From Trichoplax adhaerens (Eukaryota; Animalia; Placozoa): a stretch of 64,000 nt of DNA. The stretch is taken from NCBI RefSeq assembly GCF_000150275.1, contig NW_002060947.1, forward strand, positions 6,088,286 to 6,152,285, given 5' to 3'. Positions within the stretch are counted from its first letter, which is position 1. The number at the start of each line of letters is the position of its first letter. Positions 1-11,355 of this stretch are shown here, in pieces. Position numbers and translations under genes: made by a program. The notes below the pieces were generated by a model, which saw only the letters and a list, made by a program, of their open reading frames with translations, did not search any database and was not told where the DNA came from.

Positions 1-1109
1 CCAATATTACAACGTATTTTGACCACATAAACCATTTGTACGAGCACTTTACGAGTTTACCGTCACTCGTCTACGTATATATGAAATTAAGGGTAAAAGC
101 TATTAATTAACGCAGCGTACACAGTCAGTTTTATACAACAACACTATTCCACTGTCATGTAAAGCAACATTTCCACTTTTTTTTTTTTACAGTTACAATA
201 CAGGATTATTGACTTGTAAGATGAAGTAAAGTCAATAAGTTCAGTTGAACTTATCAGGCACATATTGTGCAATGGACTTTATCCGAAGTTGTTACATATT
301 TATTTGTAATTTTAAAAATTTATTATTGCAAAGTAATCGAAAATAAATGGGGGAGTTTTCTGCAAGAAAAATAATTTCTAAGAGCAATTTTTGGAAAAAG
401 TTGGAGAATCACAGTTTACGCCGCGCAATATCATATAAGCTTTACTGCTCAGTCGTGTAAAGTATCTACGGTTCTTATTATTTAGTCTTCAATAGATGAA
501 TCATAGCATTTGAAAATTGGGATTCACTGTTGGGAGTTTAATTTGCGTTGCATTTACGCCTAGTACTTGTTGTAATGTCAGTGATTTTCTACGTCGTAAT
601 AACTGAACGGTATTTTAAGACAAAATTCAATTGTATTTCAAATGAGTACTGTACCGTTGAGAACGATTTAATAACGAAACTTGTTTGGCATCAACTAAGC
701 CAAAAAAAAAATAGTAGCCGTCTAGGCATGGGGCAACTCAGCACGCGAGTGAGTGACTGGACGGTACTGGATATTGGTCGATCAGAGGAAGAGTGATTTT
801 GGAGCATGAACAAGTAAGAACATTGGAAAATATCATTTTAATAGCAGCAGCTTATTGAAAAATCGCAGTGGATATACATACCATCAAGCAGCTAGGAGAA
901 GTTATTCATTCTATTTCTCAAACTAAATACAGTGTCTCTCCTTTTATATTTTTTTTCATGCTATTGGTATCTTCTGTAGCTAGCACCAGCTGCCCAACCA
1001 TGACGTATAACAATGTCGTGCAAGTGTAGTAGTCATATAGTGATTGCAAAATAATCCAGTAGAGTGAAATATCAAAGAATAAAAGAGTGACTAATCATCT
1101 CTGACTTAC

Positions 1110-1173
1110 ATTCTTGTGCATAAGCTGCAAAACATAGCAGCGATAGGACCAAGGCAATGTTATAACTAGCCAT
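1110..1173 (-). CDS. First coding exon of a secreted or ER-targeted protein (signal peptide); downstream exons not located and may lie left of the window
   Basis: ATG at 1173 gives [21 protein letters not shown] (hydrophobic core, A-x-A cleavage site). It is followed by a consensus GTAAGT donor at 1109-1104 (phase 1). Confidence 0.6.
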
Positions 1174-1339
1174 TTGAATTTTTTTGTGCACGTAGACCGG
1201 AAAACGGAAAGTTGAATTGCTGTTGAAACGCACTCGGAGAAACCAAAACGATACGATTTGCAATTCGAAACCTAGCCGCACGGTAGAGTGAAATGGGACG
1301 ATGAGGTAATGAAGTCAAGGTTTTATTTATTTACTCCAC

Positions 1340-1556
1340 CGTCTACAGTACAGTACTGTACAGTAGGTACTGTACAGCACGTGTACAGTACAGTACATTC
1401 GATTGTGGCAAACTTTTCGCTAACTTCACCACTGGTGTACAGTACAGTACAGTACACTGTACAGTACAGTATTTAGAGTCAGTATAAGTATAACTCTACT
1501 GTACTGTACTGTACAGTATGTCTCTATACTGTACTTTATACTGAGTACAATACTGT
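1340..1556. repeat. ACAGT/ACTGT pentamer-based, self-complementary low-complexity array upstream of the signal-peptide gene
   Basis: Runs such as tacagtacagtactgtacagtaggtactgtacag and tactgtactgtactgtacagta. A related 20-bp palindrome lies at 1815-1834. Confidence 0.85.
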
Positions 1557-1936
1557 GTTGGGTCAAATTTGAACAAACTCCAGGCTTTTTTGCAGACGAA
1601 AGCTTATGAACTCCTTTGTCATGAAGCTAAGAAATGCCCAGGAAGCTTCATGAAAATGAGATAAGAAATAGTTAGTACGCTCTATGAAACTTTCAATTTC
1701 CCCAAAATCGATAAACTTGATAAAGTTTCACAGTAAAAAAACCCATTTTTCTCGTATTTTCTGAAGGAGATTTTCGTTTTCGCCAATGCCGGCCATGATT
1801 TCTCCCAGCTTTGCACAGTACTGTACAGTACTGTAAACTAGCGCAGTTCGTACTGTACAGATCATGTCCATTGGGTGTGACCTAAGAACTGTACCCGGAA
1901 AAGGATGTTTGTCTAATAAGGACTTGGAAATTAGAA

Positions 1937-2022
1937 TTTCATACTGTAATTTCAAACTGTGGGAAGGATTTTACCCTCAGGGTGTCTTATAAATCCTTCC
2001 CACTGTCTAAAATTAGATGAAA
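1937..2022. other. ~86-nt imperfect inverted repeat (hairpin)
   Basis: gtgggaaggattt (1959-1971) pairs perfectly with aaatccttcccac (1991-2003). The stem extends through taattt/aaatta and tttcat/atgaaa. Confidence 0.75.
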
Positions 2023-2204
2023 AGGACTAGAGGATAGGGGTGACAACTTTATTAAAACGGGCATCAAACTTTGAGTAGTCCCTGTTTCCATCTGTAACTA
2101 TTCTTGAATAGCATCTAAAGCATTCGAGTCATATCCTATATTGTAAGTACAGCAGCTTGAAGCCTTCCATATTGAGTCATGAGTACTGCAAAGCTCAAAA
2201 AAGA

Positions 2205-2556
2205 AATCACTCATTCAATTATTTTTAGCTTCACTTTCACAACGTGAGATAGTACACTCGCTAGTGCTAGACTAATACGGTACTTGTGCTGCTGTAATAA
2301 AATTTTAATGGATAGTAAAATCAATCATTCAAATATTATTTTTAGCTTCACTTTCACAACGTGAGATAGTACATTCGCTAGCGCTAGACTAATACGGTAA
2401 CTTGTGCTGCTGTAATAAAATTTTAATGGATAGTAAAATCATTCATTAAAATATTATTTTTAGCTTCACTTTCACAACGTGAGATAGTACACTCGCTAGT
2501 GCTAGACTAATACGGTAACTTGTACTGCTGTAATAAAATTTTAATGGATAGTAAAA
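2205..2556. repeat. Tandem repeat, 117-118 bp unit, 3 copies
   Basis: ttagcttcactttcacaacgtgagatagtac recurs at 2225, 2342 and 2460. Confidence 0.95.
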
Positions 2557-2595
2557 AAATAACTTTAAAAATGAACGACAGTGAATACTGTATGC

Positions 2596-3246
2596 TCATA
2601 GCTTGCTTCCCGTTACAAACTTAAATCAATCCTTTTTAGTTGGTTTATACCACTGAATCACTATTCTATTCTCCATAAAATGCATTTCTCATAGCTTGCT
2701 TTCCATTACAAACTTAAATCAATCGTTTCTAGTTGGTTTATACCACTGAATCACTATTCTACTCTCCATAAAAGGCATTTGTTATAGCTTGCTTTCCAGT
2801 ACAAACATAAATCAATCCTTTTTAGTTGGTTTATACCACTGAATCACTATTCTATTCTCCATAAAATGCATTTCTCATAGCTTGCTTTCCATTACAAACT
2901 TAAATCAATCGTTTCTAGTTGGTTTATACCACTGAATCACTATTCTACTCTCCATAAAAGGCATTTGTTATAGCTTGCTTTCCAGTACAAACATAAATCA
3001 ATCCTTTTTAGTTGGTTTATACCACTGAATCACTATTCTACTCTCCATAAAATGCATTTCTCATAGCTTGCTTTCCATTACAAACTTAAATCAATCCTTT
3101 CTAGTTGGTTTATATCACTGAATCACTATTCTACTCTCCATAAAATGCATTTGTTATAGCTTGCTTTCCAGTACAAACATAAATCAATCCTTTTTAGTTG
3201 GTTTATACCACTGAATCACTGTTCTATTCTCCATAAAATGCATTTC
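2596..3246. repeat. Tandem repeat, 93 bp unit, 7 copies, with 186 bp higher-order dimer
   Basis: atagcttgct recurs at 2598, 2691, 2784, 2877, 2970, 3063 and 3156, with alternating variants. Confidence 0.95.
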
Positions 3247-3637
3247 TTCAAAATGTATCCTAAGGGAAATTAGGGATACTGTCTTATTTAGCGATGACAT
3301 TAAGTAAAAAGCTAGAGACCCATGTTATGATTGGACGTATCCTATGGGTTATGTCCTAATATTACTAGCACATTTCAATTCTATTATTAAGTGATATTAA
3401 ATTATCAGAAATCTCATTTGCACTACATGCTTAGCCGATTTAGCTAATAGGAAATAAATAAAACATCACAACTTACACATGGCATAAAAAATAGGAGTAT
3501 TGACTAGGTGAATCGATAATTAACATGTACGTATACATATACTGGCACATATACGCGTATTCATCAATTAATTAATATAGAATGAGCCCGTGAACATACA
3601 GTTTACAGTATTATTGACAATAATTAAATTACTGTAG

Positions 3638-4349
3638 AGTTGCAGTGAGATGCTACAGGTCGATGGTACTGCGAAGAATTGGAAAGTCTTGAACGTATAC
3701 TGCCACTATTTCTGCTCGTTTAAAAGGGGAAGACAAGTTGTTAAATCAAGAAAGAAGCATTATTTAGAAGCAACTGGTAAATACGCGCGGGTTATTATTA
3801 TGAGTTCAGGAGGAATCATTAATTCTGTGCTAAATTACTACACCGTAGCTTAAGTTTTCATGCAATTTTATTAAGCTCGTAGCTTTAGCATTTCTCCTAC
3901 CGTACAACGTCATACTGTATAGTAATATTATTTTGATCTGTAATTCTGTATTATGCATAAGAAAAAAGAAATTAATAATATTATTTAAGTAACACGTAAA
4001 CTTTGGCCGATCATTTGATAGCTAACAGAAAGTTAGCGTAATCTACAGTTTAACGATAATTAGTTTTTGCCTAACAACAGATGGTGGATGATAAAATTAT
4101 TTGTATAACTTAAGATTCCTTGAATTATTTATTTTATTATAATATTAATTAATGTCCAATGTATCCTTAGGACAGCGTAATGAACAGAGTATACAAGAAT
4201 TCCTGGCAAAACTGACTGGGCCTATACTAAAAGTGTATTGGTATGTTACATCCAGTACATTATATGAATGTGTAAACGAACATGGAGATGATCTTATTGC
4301 TGGTAGAATACTAAGGGGTAAAATAATGGTTCAAAATGAAAGCGCAAAG
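3638..4349 (+). CDS. Candidate two-exon coding fragment of unknown product (3638-3776, 4171-4349), possibly a pseudogene
   Basis: Both segments are stop-free, flanked by AG and GT, and join in phase 1 (...KKHYLEAT-G-QRNEQSIQEF...NESAK). No family recognised. Confidence 0.35.
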
Positions 4350-5056
4350 GTATCGCAATACTCATGCGACTAAAATTAGTTCAGAACATTATTACACTAT
4401 TTTTGTTTACATAATGATATGGCAAGCCTCTAGTAAAAATTCTACAACGGTTGTATAAATAATATAATAATTAAATCCACAATTATAATAAATATACTCG
4501 TAATATCTGACGCAATCATCAACAGTTAAGAAACCACATATACGGCATATTACTAAAATGGACATATGTTTATTTGTCTGAGCTCCAATGCAAATTCAAG
4601 GTCATGCAAGCACCATCAGTGTAGCGAAGTAATGGAAGGTTGAAATATACTACAGTTGCGATTACAGATACAGTATATAATTATCAAATATGGCAGCACA
4701 ATCGCAGCAGAGTTTATTGAAGTAATTTCACTAGCGTTAAGAATAGGTCAAATTACAACCCTAACCTACCACAACCACGAACTTAGCTTTCAATTCCTAC
4801 ACTAATAATTTTATAGGTGAATTAATAATATACATATATCGCTAGGCTGCTAAACTCTACCTGTAAAATTTACAGTAGTAGCCCATGTATCCCTACAGTG
4901 ACTGGTATTGCATAAAAAGCTCACTCGATAAGCTGATACAAGGCAAATCATAATATATAACACCAATTTTATACGAAAGCTAGAAGAGCCATAAGCACAC
5001 GTATTACTGCGCAATGATCATTGAGCTCAACAAGAGATTCATGCTTTGCAAAGAAA

Positions 5057-5991
5057 TCAATTTCCATTGAGATGTTTTTGCCATCCAGCAATGACTTCAT
5101 CTTCAAGGTAAACTGTTTTCTTAAATGCCTCGGTTTCAAATCCAGCCTTTAAGTATTCAAGCAACTTTGCAAAATCTTTTGGTATATCGAAATGCTTAAA
5201 ATGCTTACCAGCAACTCTGACATGATACAATTTGGGGAGCAAAGAACAGTCAGGATGGGTTAAACTATCACCAGAGATGAACCGATTCGATCGCGAGCTT
5301 AAAAACTCATTAAAGTTTCTTAGTTCATCCAGCAGTTTCTGCCTTAAACTACCATCCAAAGCTGAATCTTTATTCTTCATCAATGCAGCAAATTTACCAA
5401 ATATGGCAGCTCCAGCAGATTTACAATTTTCATCGTTCGTTTCCAGAGCTTTCGTAGGTTGGTATTTTTCATCCAAATAACATGATATATCATTAGAATC
5501 AGTTAAAATGACATCGCCATCCTGCATCACAGGAACGGTATTACTTCCAAGTTTAGTAAAGGATTCAGGCTTGTGAGCTACATTAATAAATACTAACTCA
5601 GGTTCAATATTTTTCAATGCTGCAACCATTCGAACACGATGACAGAATGGGCAATCGCCAAGTAATGTATGTTGACCGGCCTTAATAACATGGATAACAT
5701 ACAACAACGAGCAATATTAATATTACAAGAACCTCCATTATAATGATTAAATTAGCCTTCTAAATTCAGTCTTGCAGTGATGATGACACAGCGAAAAATT
5801 CTGACTTAAGTTAATCGCCATAAACAAGATCTACAACTTATCTAATCTCATTTCCGATTCAAATTGATGACTACTGTATGTTTCATGTTCATCATGACGT
5901 ATTGAAGTCATATGACTTCAATATTTCACTAGTATCCCGGTCAATTTCTAAAAATATTTAAACCTACCTTGATGTACAGCGTCAATGCCAT
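5057..5991 (-). CDS. CLIC: CLIC / dehydroascorbate-reductase-like GST-fold protein, 215 aa, 2 exons (5991-5968, 5680-5057)
   Basis: MALTLYIK|AGQHTLLGDCPFCHR (CPFC active site), cis-Pro motif TVP, LTDS, DCSLLPKL. Donor GTAGGT, acceptor TTAAG. Confidence 0.9.
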
Positions 5992-6445
5992 ACTATTCCA
6001 ATATGATCAAGTAAACTAGCCGCAAACGGAAGTTTTCTCTTCGTCAAATTTGATCCAGCACAGTCCTTCTGCGTTAGAGCTGTGCGCATTTATTGAAACC
6101 CTAGTACAGTACAGTACAGTACACTTTTAATTCCCTGGTATCTCCTGGTACGGTACGATCCAGAGCGTAATTGTACTGTGCTGTACTGTACCACTTTGTG
6201 GGTGTGGACTCTTTCTTCAGCCGAATCGCAAGGGACTGTGTCAGCGACTACTACCTACTCCTCGACCCATATCCACTTACCACCAAGTTACTTTCTTTCC
6301 CCCCACTTACAGCACTTGTAATTAAAATTCAATGTTTTCAAAATTGCGAAAAGAAACAATTATGTCCTCAAATTAAAATATTGTTTACAATTGGGAAAAT
6401 CCGCTGTGTATTGACTGGGATAGGGCGTGAAACTGTGACTTAGCA

Positions 6446-6910
6446 ATGAGTGAATATGGGTTAAGTAGTCCCTGACTGTGCGTGGAAACATCATGAGTTA
6501 TGATGCTACTCTTACAAGATAAATAAACGTTATTTACTACAATTTGTAGCTTGACTGTAAATGGTTAGTTTGATGCCAAGCAATTTAGTGATATTTTTCA
6601 CGGTATAGTAAGATGCATAAAAGGTATTCTACCGTTCTGATCGACTTGAGTCAGATTCATGATTACAGTATATGACTGCTAAGATAAATAAATTTACTGG
6701 ATGACATTATAATCAAAATTATATTTTTTCTAGGCGAACGTGTAGAAACAAACAGATCGCAAAGTCACAACAACAACTCTCAACAGAATCTAATAAATCA
6801 AATAGTAACTGCTCTCAAGTTCGACGATTAGGGTACAGTCAAGTCAGCCTTTATGAACGCGTAGTGCCAGTAAGGAAAAGGCATAAACCAAACATAGTAC
6901 CCTCATTATA
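6446..6910 (+). CDS. Possible small spliced ORF divergent from CLIC (MSEYG|RTCRNKQIAKSQQQLSTES...)
   Basis: ATG AGT GAA TAT GG|gttaag joins in phase 2 to ttttttctag|G at ~6734. The frame stays open to a gtaagg donor near 6870 or a stop at ~6910. No homology recognised. Confidence 0.25.
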
Positions 6911-8204
6911 GGATAGCATACTAAAGTAAAGTTATGAGTATGACTAATTATGTGTTTAGCTAATGTTAATCAGCAATACAGTGTTTCTATAGTGTACGGT
7001 ACTTAAATACGATTGGCTCTAGTCTCGTTCTTTTAATGATGTACATCATATTTCGTAATAAAGTCGTGCTACGTATGGAACTTTGTTATGGTCCTAATAT
7101 CTGTGGATATAAAAATATGCAAAAAGTATAATAAATAAAGTCTCCAAACAGAGTAAACAATAATAATAACAGATAGCTTATAGATAATACGTAGGCAAGT
7201 ATATGATATGAATACGGCATCTTCAATATCTTGCTTCTTTGACGATGTTGGGTGTTTCGCATATTATACTTATTAAATGACGCTTCATAGACAAGTTTCC
7301 GGTGTACTACTTGCATGTGCACAACCTTGTCCTATACACGATCGACTCACTATCTCAGTGGATTATAAAGTATAACGGGTTGTGTGAACATGCATTTGAA
7401 TTACCTTTATATTAAACGATAAATTAATCAAAGAATTATGATCAAGAACAATATTTGTTGTTAGTGTACAACGTAGTTGTATTTTAATAGCATCACAAGC
7501 AGAATGCAGCATTTTGTTTGCACACCAGACATACAAATGCTAGTGTTTACTTGGCTTTATTTTAAATAGATTAGAATACAGTTTTGTATCGGTAACGTAA
7601 TAATAATACACTGTATTTACAGTACATGATGCATTTTACTTTTTCAGTAATTGAATACAGCAACTTTCACTGTGTGATAATATTATTGCATATTTTACGA
7701 AGTTATTTAAATTTGGCTTAACTTAGCTAATTTGTGGCATGGGATAAACCATGCCATCATAAAAGCGGTACAGTCGTATTTGTGATATTTTGAGAAAATA
7801 AACGTAACGGTAGAAGTATATACTATTTAAGCCATATTTCGTTGCTCTATAAATTACAGAATGGAGTTCAATAAATTTATTACTAGAGTTACGTTAAAAA
7901 TATTATGATAGCTACAATATCTGCGGCAGGTGAATTATACCTTAAAAGTAGCCTAACATTACTATAATTAATTAATCAAATCTCATTTTGGCAATGATCG
8001 TATTTTTACTCTCCGCGACACTAGATTATTATATTGAATCACGCCATTAGCTAGAGCTAGATTGTATCACTAATAATGTCTGTGAGTAAAATTTTGTAGG
8101 AGTATTATTGTAAAAAATTTAAAGTTTGCTACAGGCGAAAAGGTGGTAGTAAAAAGCGCTAACTTGTTGAATTTTTGGAAATGATACATATTTCAGAAAA
8201 TCTT

Positions 8205-10590
8205 TTAATCAGCTTTATATATGCCACTATCGGCAATTCTACAGAATACCGTAGGCCGTTCATTATAGGTTTTCTGAGCTTCCAAAGTCATCAGAGTCGT
8301 GTTTCCTTCGACTAGTCGTCTATAATTATAAATACCAATATTATGCTCTATTACCATGCTAATGAGAAAATATAAGTAATATCAATAATAAGGTTTCAAA
8401 ACCGTTTGGGATTACTTACCCGAATGCAACGAATTTAGTATCCATCCACTTAGCTGGACTAAGTGTAATGTAGAATTGAGAACCATTCGTGTGTCTTCCT
8501 TTATTTGCCATTCCTAGAATGCCACGTCTATCATGATGAACTGAGAAATTTTCGTCTAAAAGGCGCAACAAGTAACGTATGTTAATTTTTTACCTAGTAA
8601 ATTTCTAAAGCTTACCCTAGCCAATAGCATACCTTCAAAAACAGGTCCATAAATTGATTCAGTATTAGCCCCGCTACCATCAATTACGTCTTCCCAATAA
8701 CATCAGCATGATTAGTGATCAAGAGTTATTGCAATTGTATAAAGACAAGCTATTCATAAAAAATTGTTAAATATGACAGATTCCGAAGTAATCTAATAGA
8801 GAATTAATACCTCCGGCTTGTACCCATCCACCTTTAAGAATTCGGTGAAATAATGTGTTTTTGTAGGTGAGAGCAGAGCCATCTTCACGCTGATGAGTCG
8901 ATGAACACAATTCCCGGAAATTTTGACATGTTTTCGGGCAGATATCAGTATAAAGCTATCATATAAACATGCATATGTCTCATCAAGCCCAATGATTTAG
9001 GAAGTAGTGGATTTTGCGTGAGTTTAATGAAAGCTAACCTAACGGGTATATGAATTACTTAGCCGAATACCTCAAAAACTAATTTTCCGGCCGATTCATC
9101 GTTTATAGTGACATCCATGTAGACAAAATCATGCTGTAAAAATCGATAATTTGTTTAACGCTTTCATCATATTTATATATGTATATAGCGATCTATCTCA
9201 AAATTTTACTTTTGCATTTTCAAATCTATCTTTATAAGCTTCACATGCCATTGCTTCATACAGAGGAAGAGGTCTACAAGAAGAGAGTTATACGTAAATT
9301 CTTACTTTATAGGTACCTTTCGCAATTGTATTAAGCATTTAGTAGCACAATAAATGTTAAAAAATTATTATTCTACCTATAGTCTTCATAATCGAAATTT
9401 TTAGTTGCCCATGCAACAAAGACACCCGTTGATCCCAAAACTTCTCCATTAACGAAAACTACAGTATCATCATTGAAACCCCAAAATTCTTCTTTGATTT
9501 CCTAGATATATTACAGAACATTTAAATTTAAAAAGGTTCGAAAGCACTCACATAACAAAAATTACATTAAAGACGGAAGTCATAATAGCCAGTGTATCAA
9601 ATTAGTTAATTTTTTGAAAATCATAATTACTGAAATGAAAAATGTCATGGACTTCAACGCTTCCTTAAAAATAGTTACATTTCAACCTTGAGCATTTTTG
9701 ATAATACGAGTACTTCAGCAATATACATTTGATGTAAACAATTATAGCATTTTCAGTTTCATATTGCTCAACTGAAATTAATGAGTACTTATAAAGCATT
9801 ACTACAATTAACTTGTTAAAAGTCACAAGTCATAATGTCCTAGGGATAAGATTCATACCTTTTTCTTTGTAGTTATAAATTCATGCCAATCGCATTCAAG
9901 TAAGCCATTTATTTCTAAATTCTCGAATTTTATTGGGTCGTTTTGCTGCAACGTCTGGCAATCATTTATTAATCGTAAATTATTAAGATTAGTCTAGTCA
10001 AAACTACTTTTAACGCAGTCAAAGTTTATTTTAAGCTAGCCAGTCACCTAATCATCAAAATTTTGCATACTACAGACGTTACTAAGAATAATGTACGTCA
10101 AATATATGGAGTTAACGATCTAATAATATAAATTAATATAGTATTAAAAGATGTAAATTACTATTTCACACTGTAAATTATACGACGCAATAGCATACAT
10201 AGTTCACGCAAATATCCCAGTTGGTGATCCATGTAAATTGATAATTATATAACGAATTCTAACATCTATAATCTAATCAAGAATCTACTTTGCTCTCTAT
10301 TTTCCTAAGTCATGTATTGTATCACTTATTCGCCATAGTCAATAACCAAAATGCTGTAAATGATGCGTCTGTTACTGGACTCGGCATTTTCATTGAAAGA
10401 CAGTTGCGTGAACAAATTAAATGATGACAAAATATGACATCATGACATATGCACGATTACAAGAGACATTCATTATAGTCTACTATTATGTTGTTACCTC
10501 GGCAGCTGTTTTTGCTACGTGAAAGTTATAAGTTTTAAGTAATCCGAAGATTGTTATTTGCAACTTCTTGCCATCTTCCTGCCCCGCCAT
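8205..10590 (-). CDS. PPIL6: Peptidyl-prolyl isomerase-like 6 (cyclophilin, radial-spoke RSP12-like), ~9 exons
   Basis: N-terminal GLLKTYNFHVAKTAAE, then HDFVYMDV, CPKTCQNFRELC, LFHRILKGGWVQAGD, ESIYGPVFEDENF, GILGMANKGRHTNGSQFYITL and a terminal ERPTVFCRIADSG. These match PPIL6 along its length. Confidence 0.93.
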
Positions 10591-10619
10591 GTTGTATATA
10601 ATGTTGTAGTCATAACAAC

Positions 10620-10800
10620 AATTTGCGCAAGCGCATTTAGGTTCCAGATCGCGAGCATAACCTAGCATCCGTGGATCAAAAATCGATTGTATCAGCCAAT
10701 CAGATTTGAGCTTGACTAACCAATCAGATTAGACTATCGCTGAGCGCCAAGTTTGAAGGGGCACCCTAGCGCGCCAACGGATAAGCTATAAAACCAGCAA
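10620..10800. promoter_or_regulatory. Compact bidirectional promoter PPIL6/H3 with NRF1-like site, two CCAAT boxes and a TATA box
   Basis: TGCGCAAGCGCA 10624-10635; CCAATCAGATT at 10696 and 10720; GCGCCAA at 10744 and 10771; TATAAAA 10787-10793, about 60 bp before the H3 ATG. Confidence 0.75.
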
Positions 10801-10845
10801 CCTTGCTGATTCCAATCATTCGTTATCGTTTCAACGTTATTGTGA

Positions 10846-11262
<417 letters not shown>

Positions 11263-11312
11263 ATTACTACTCGACAAAATGAGTTTATAGTTTAATTAAC
11301 ATTACTATTAAC

Positions 11313-11355
11313 ACAACGGCTTTTTTAAAAGCCACAAATCAAAGAAAAAGGAAAA
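11313..11355 (+). terminator. Histone 3' stem-loop plus purine-rich downstream element
   Basis: ACAAC-GGCTTT-TTTA-AAAGCC-ACAAA (stem-loop 11318-11333) fits the metazoan SLBP consensus. It is followed by CAAAGAAAAAGGAAAA. Confidence 0.9.

Noticed and set aside
5777-5804. C/D box snoRNA (GTGATGA...CTGA)
   Set aside because: Boxes are too close together and antisense to the host CLIC intron.
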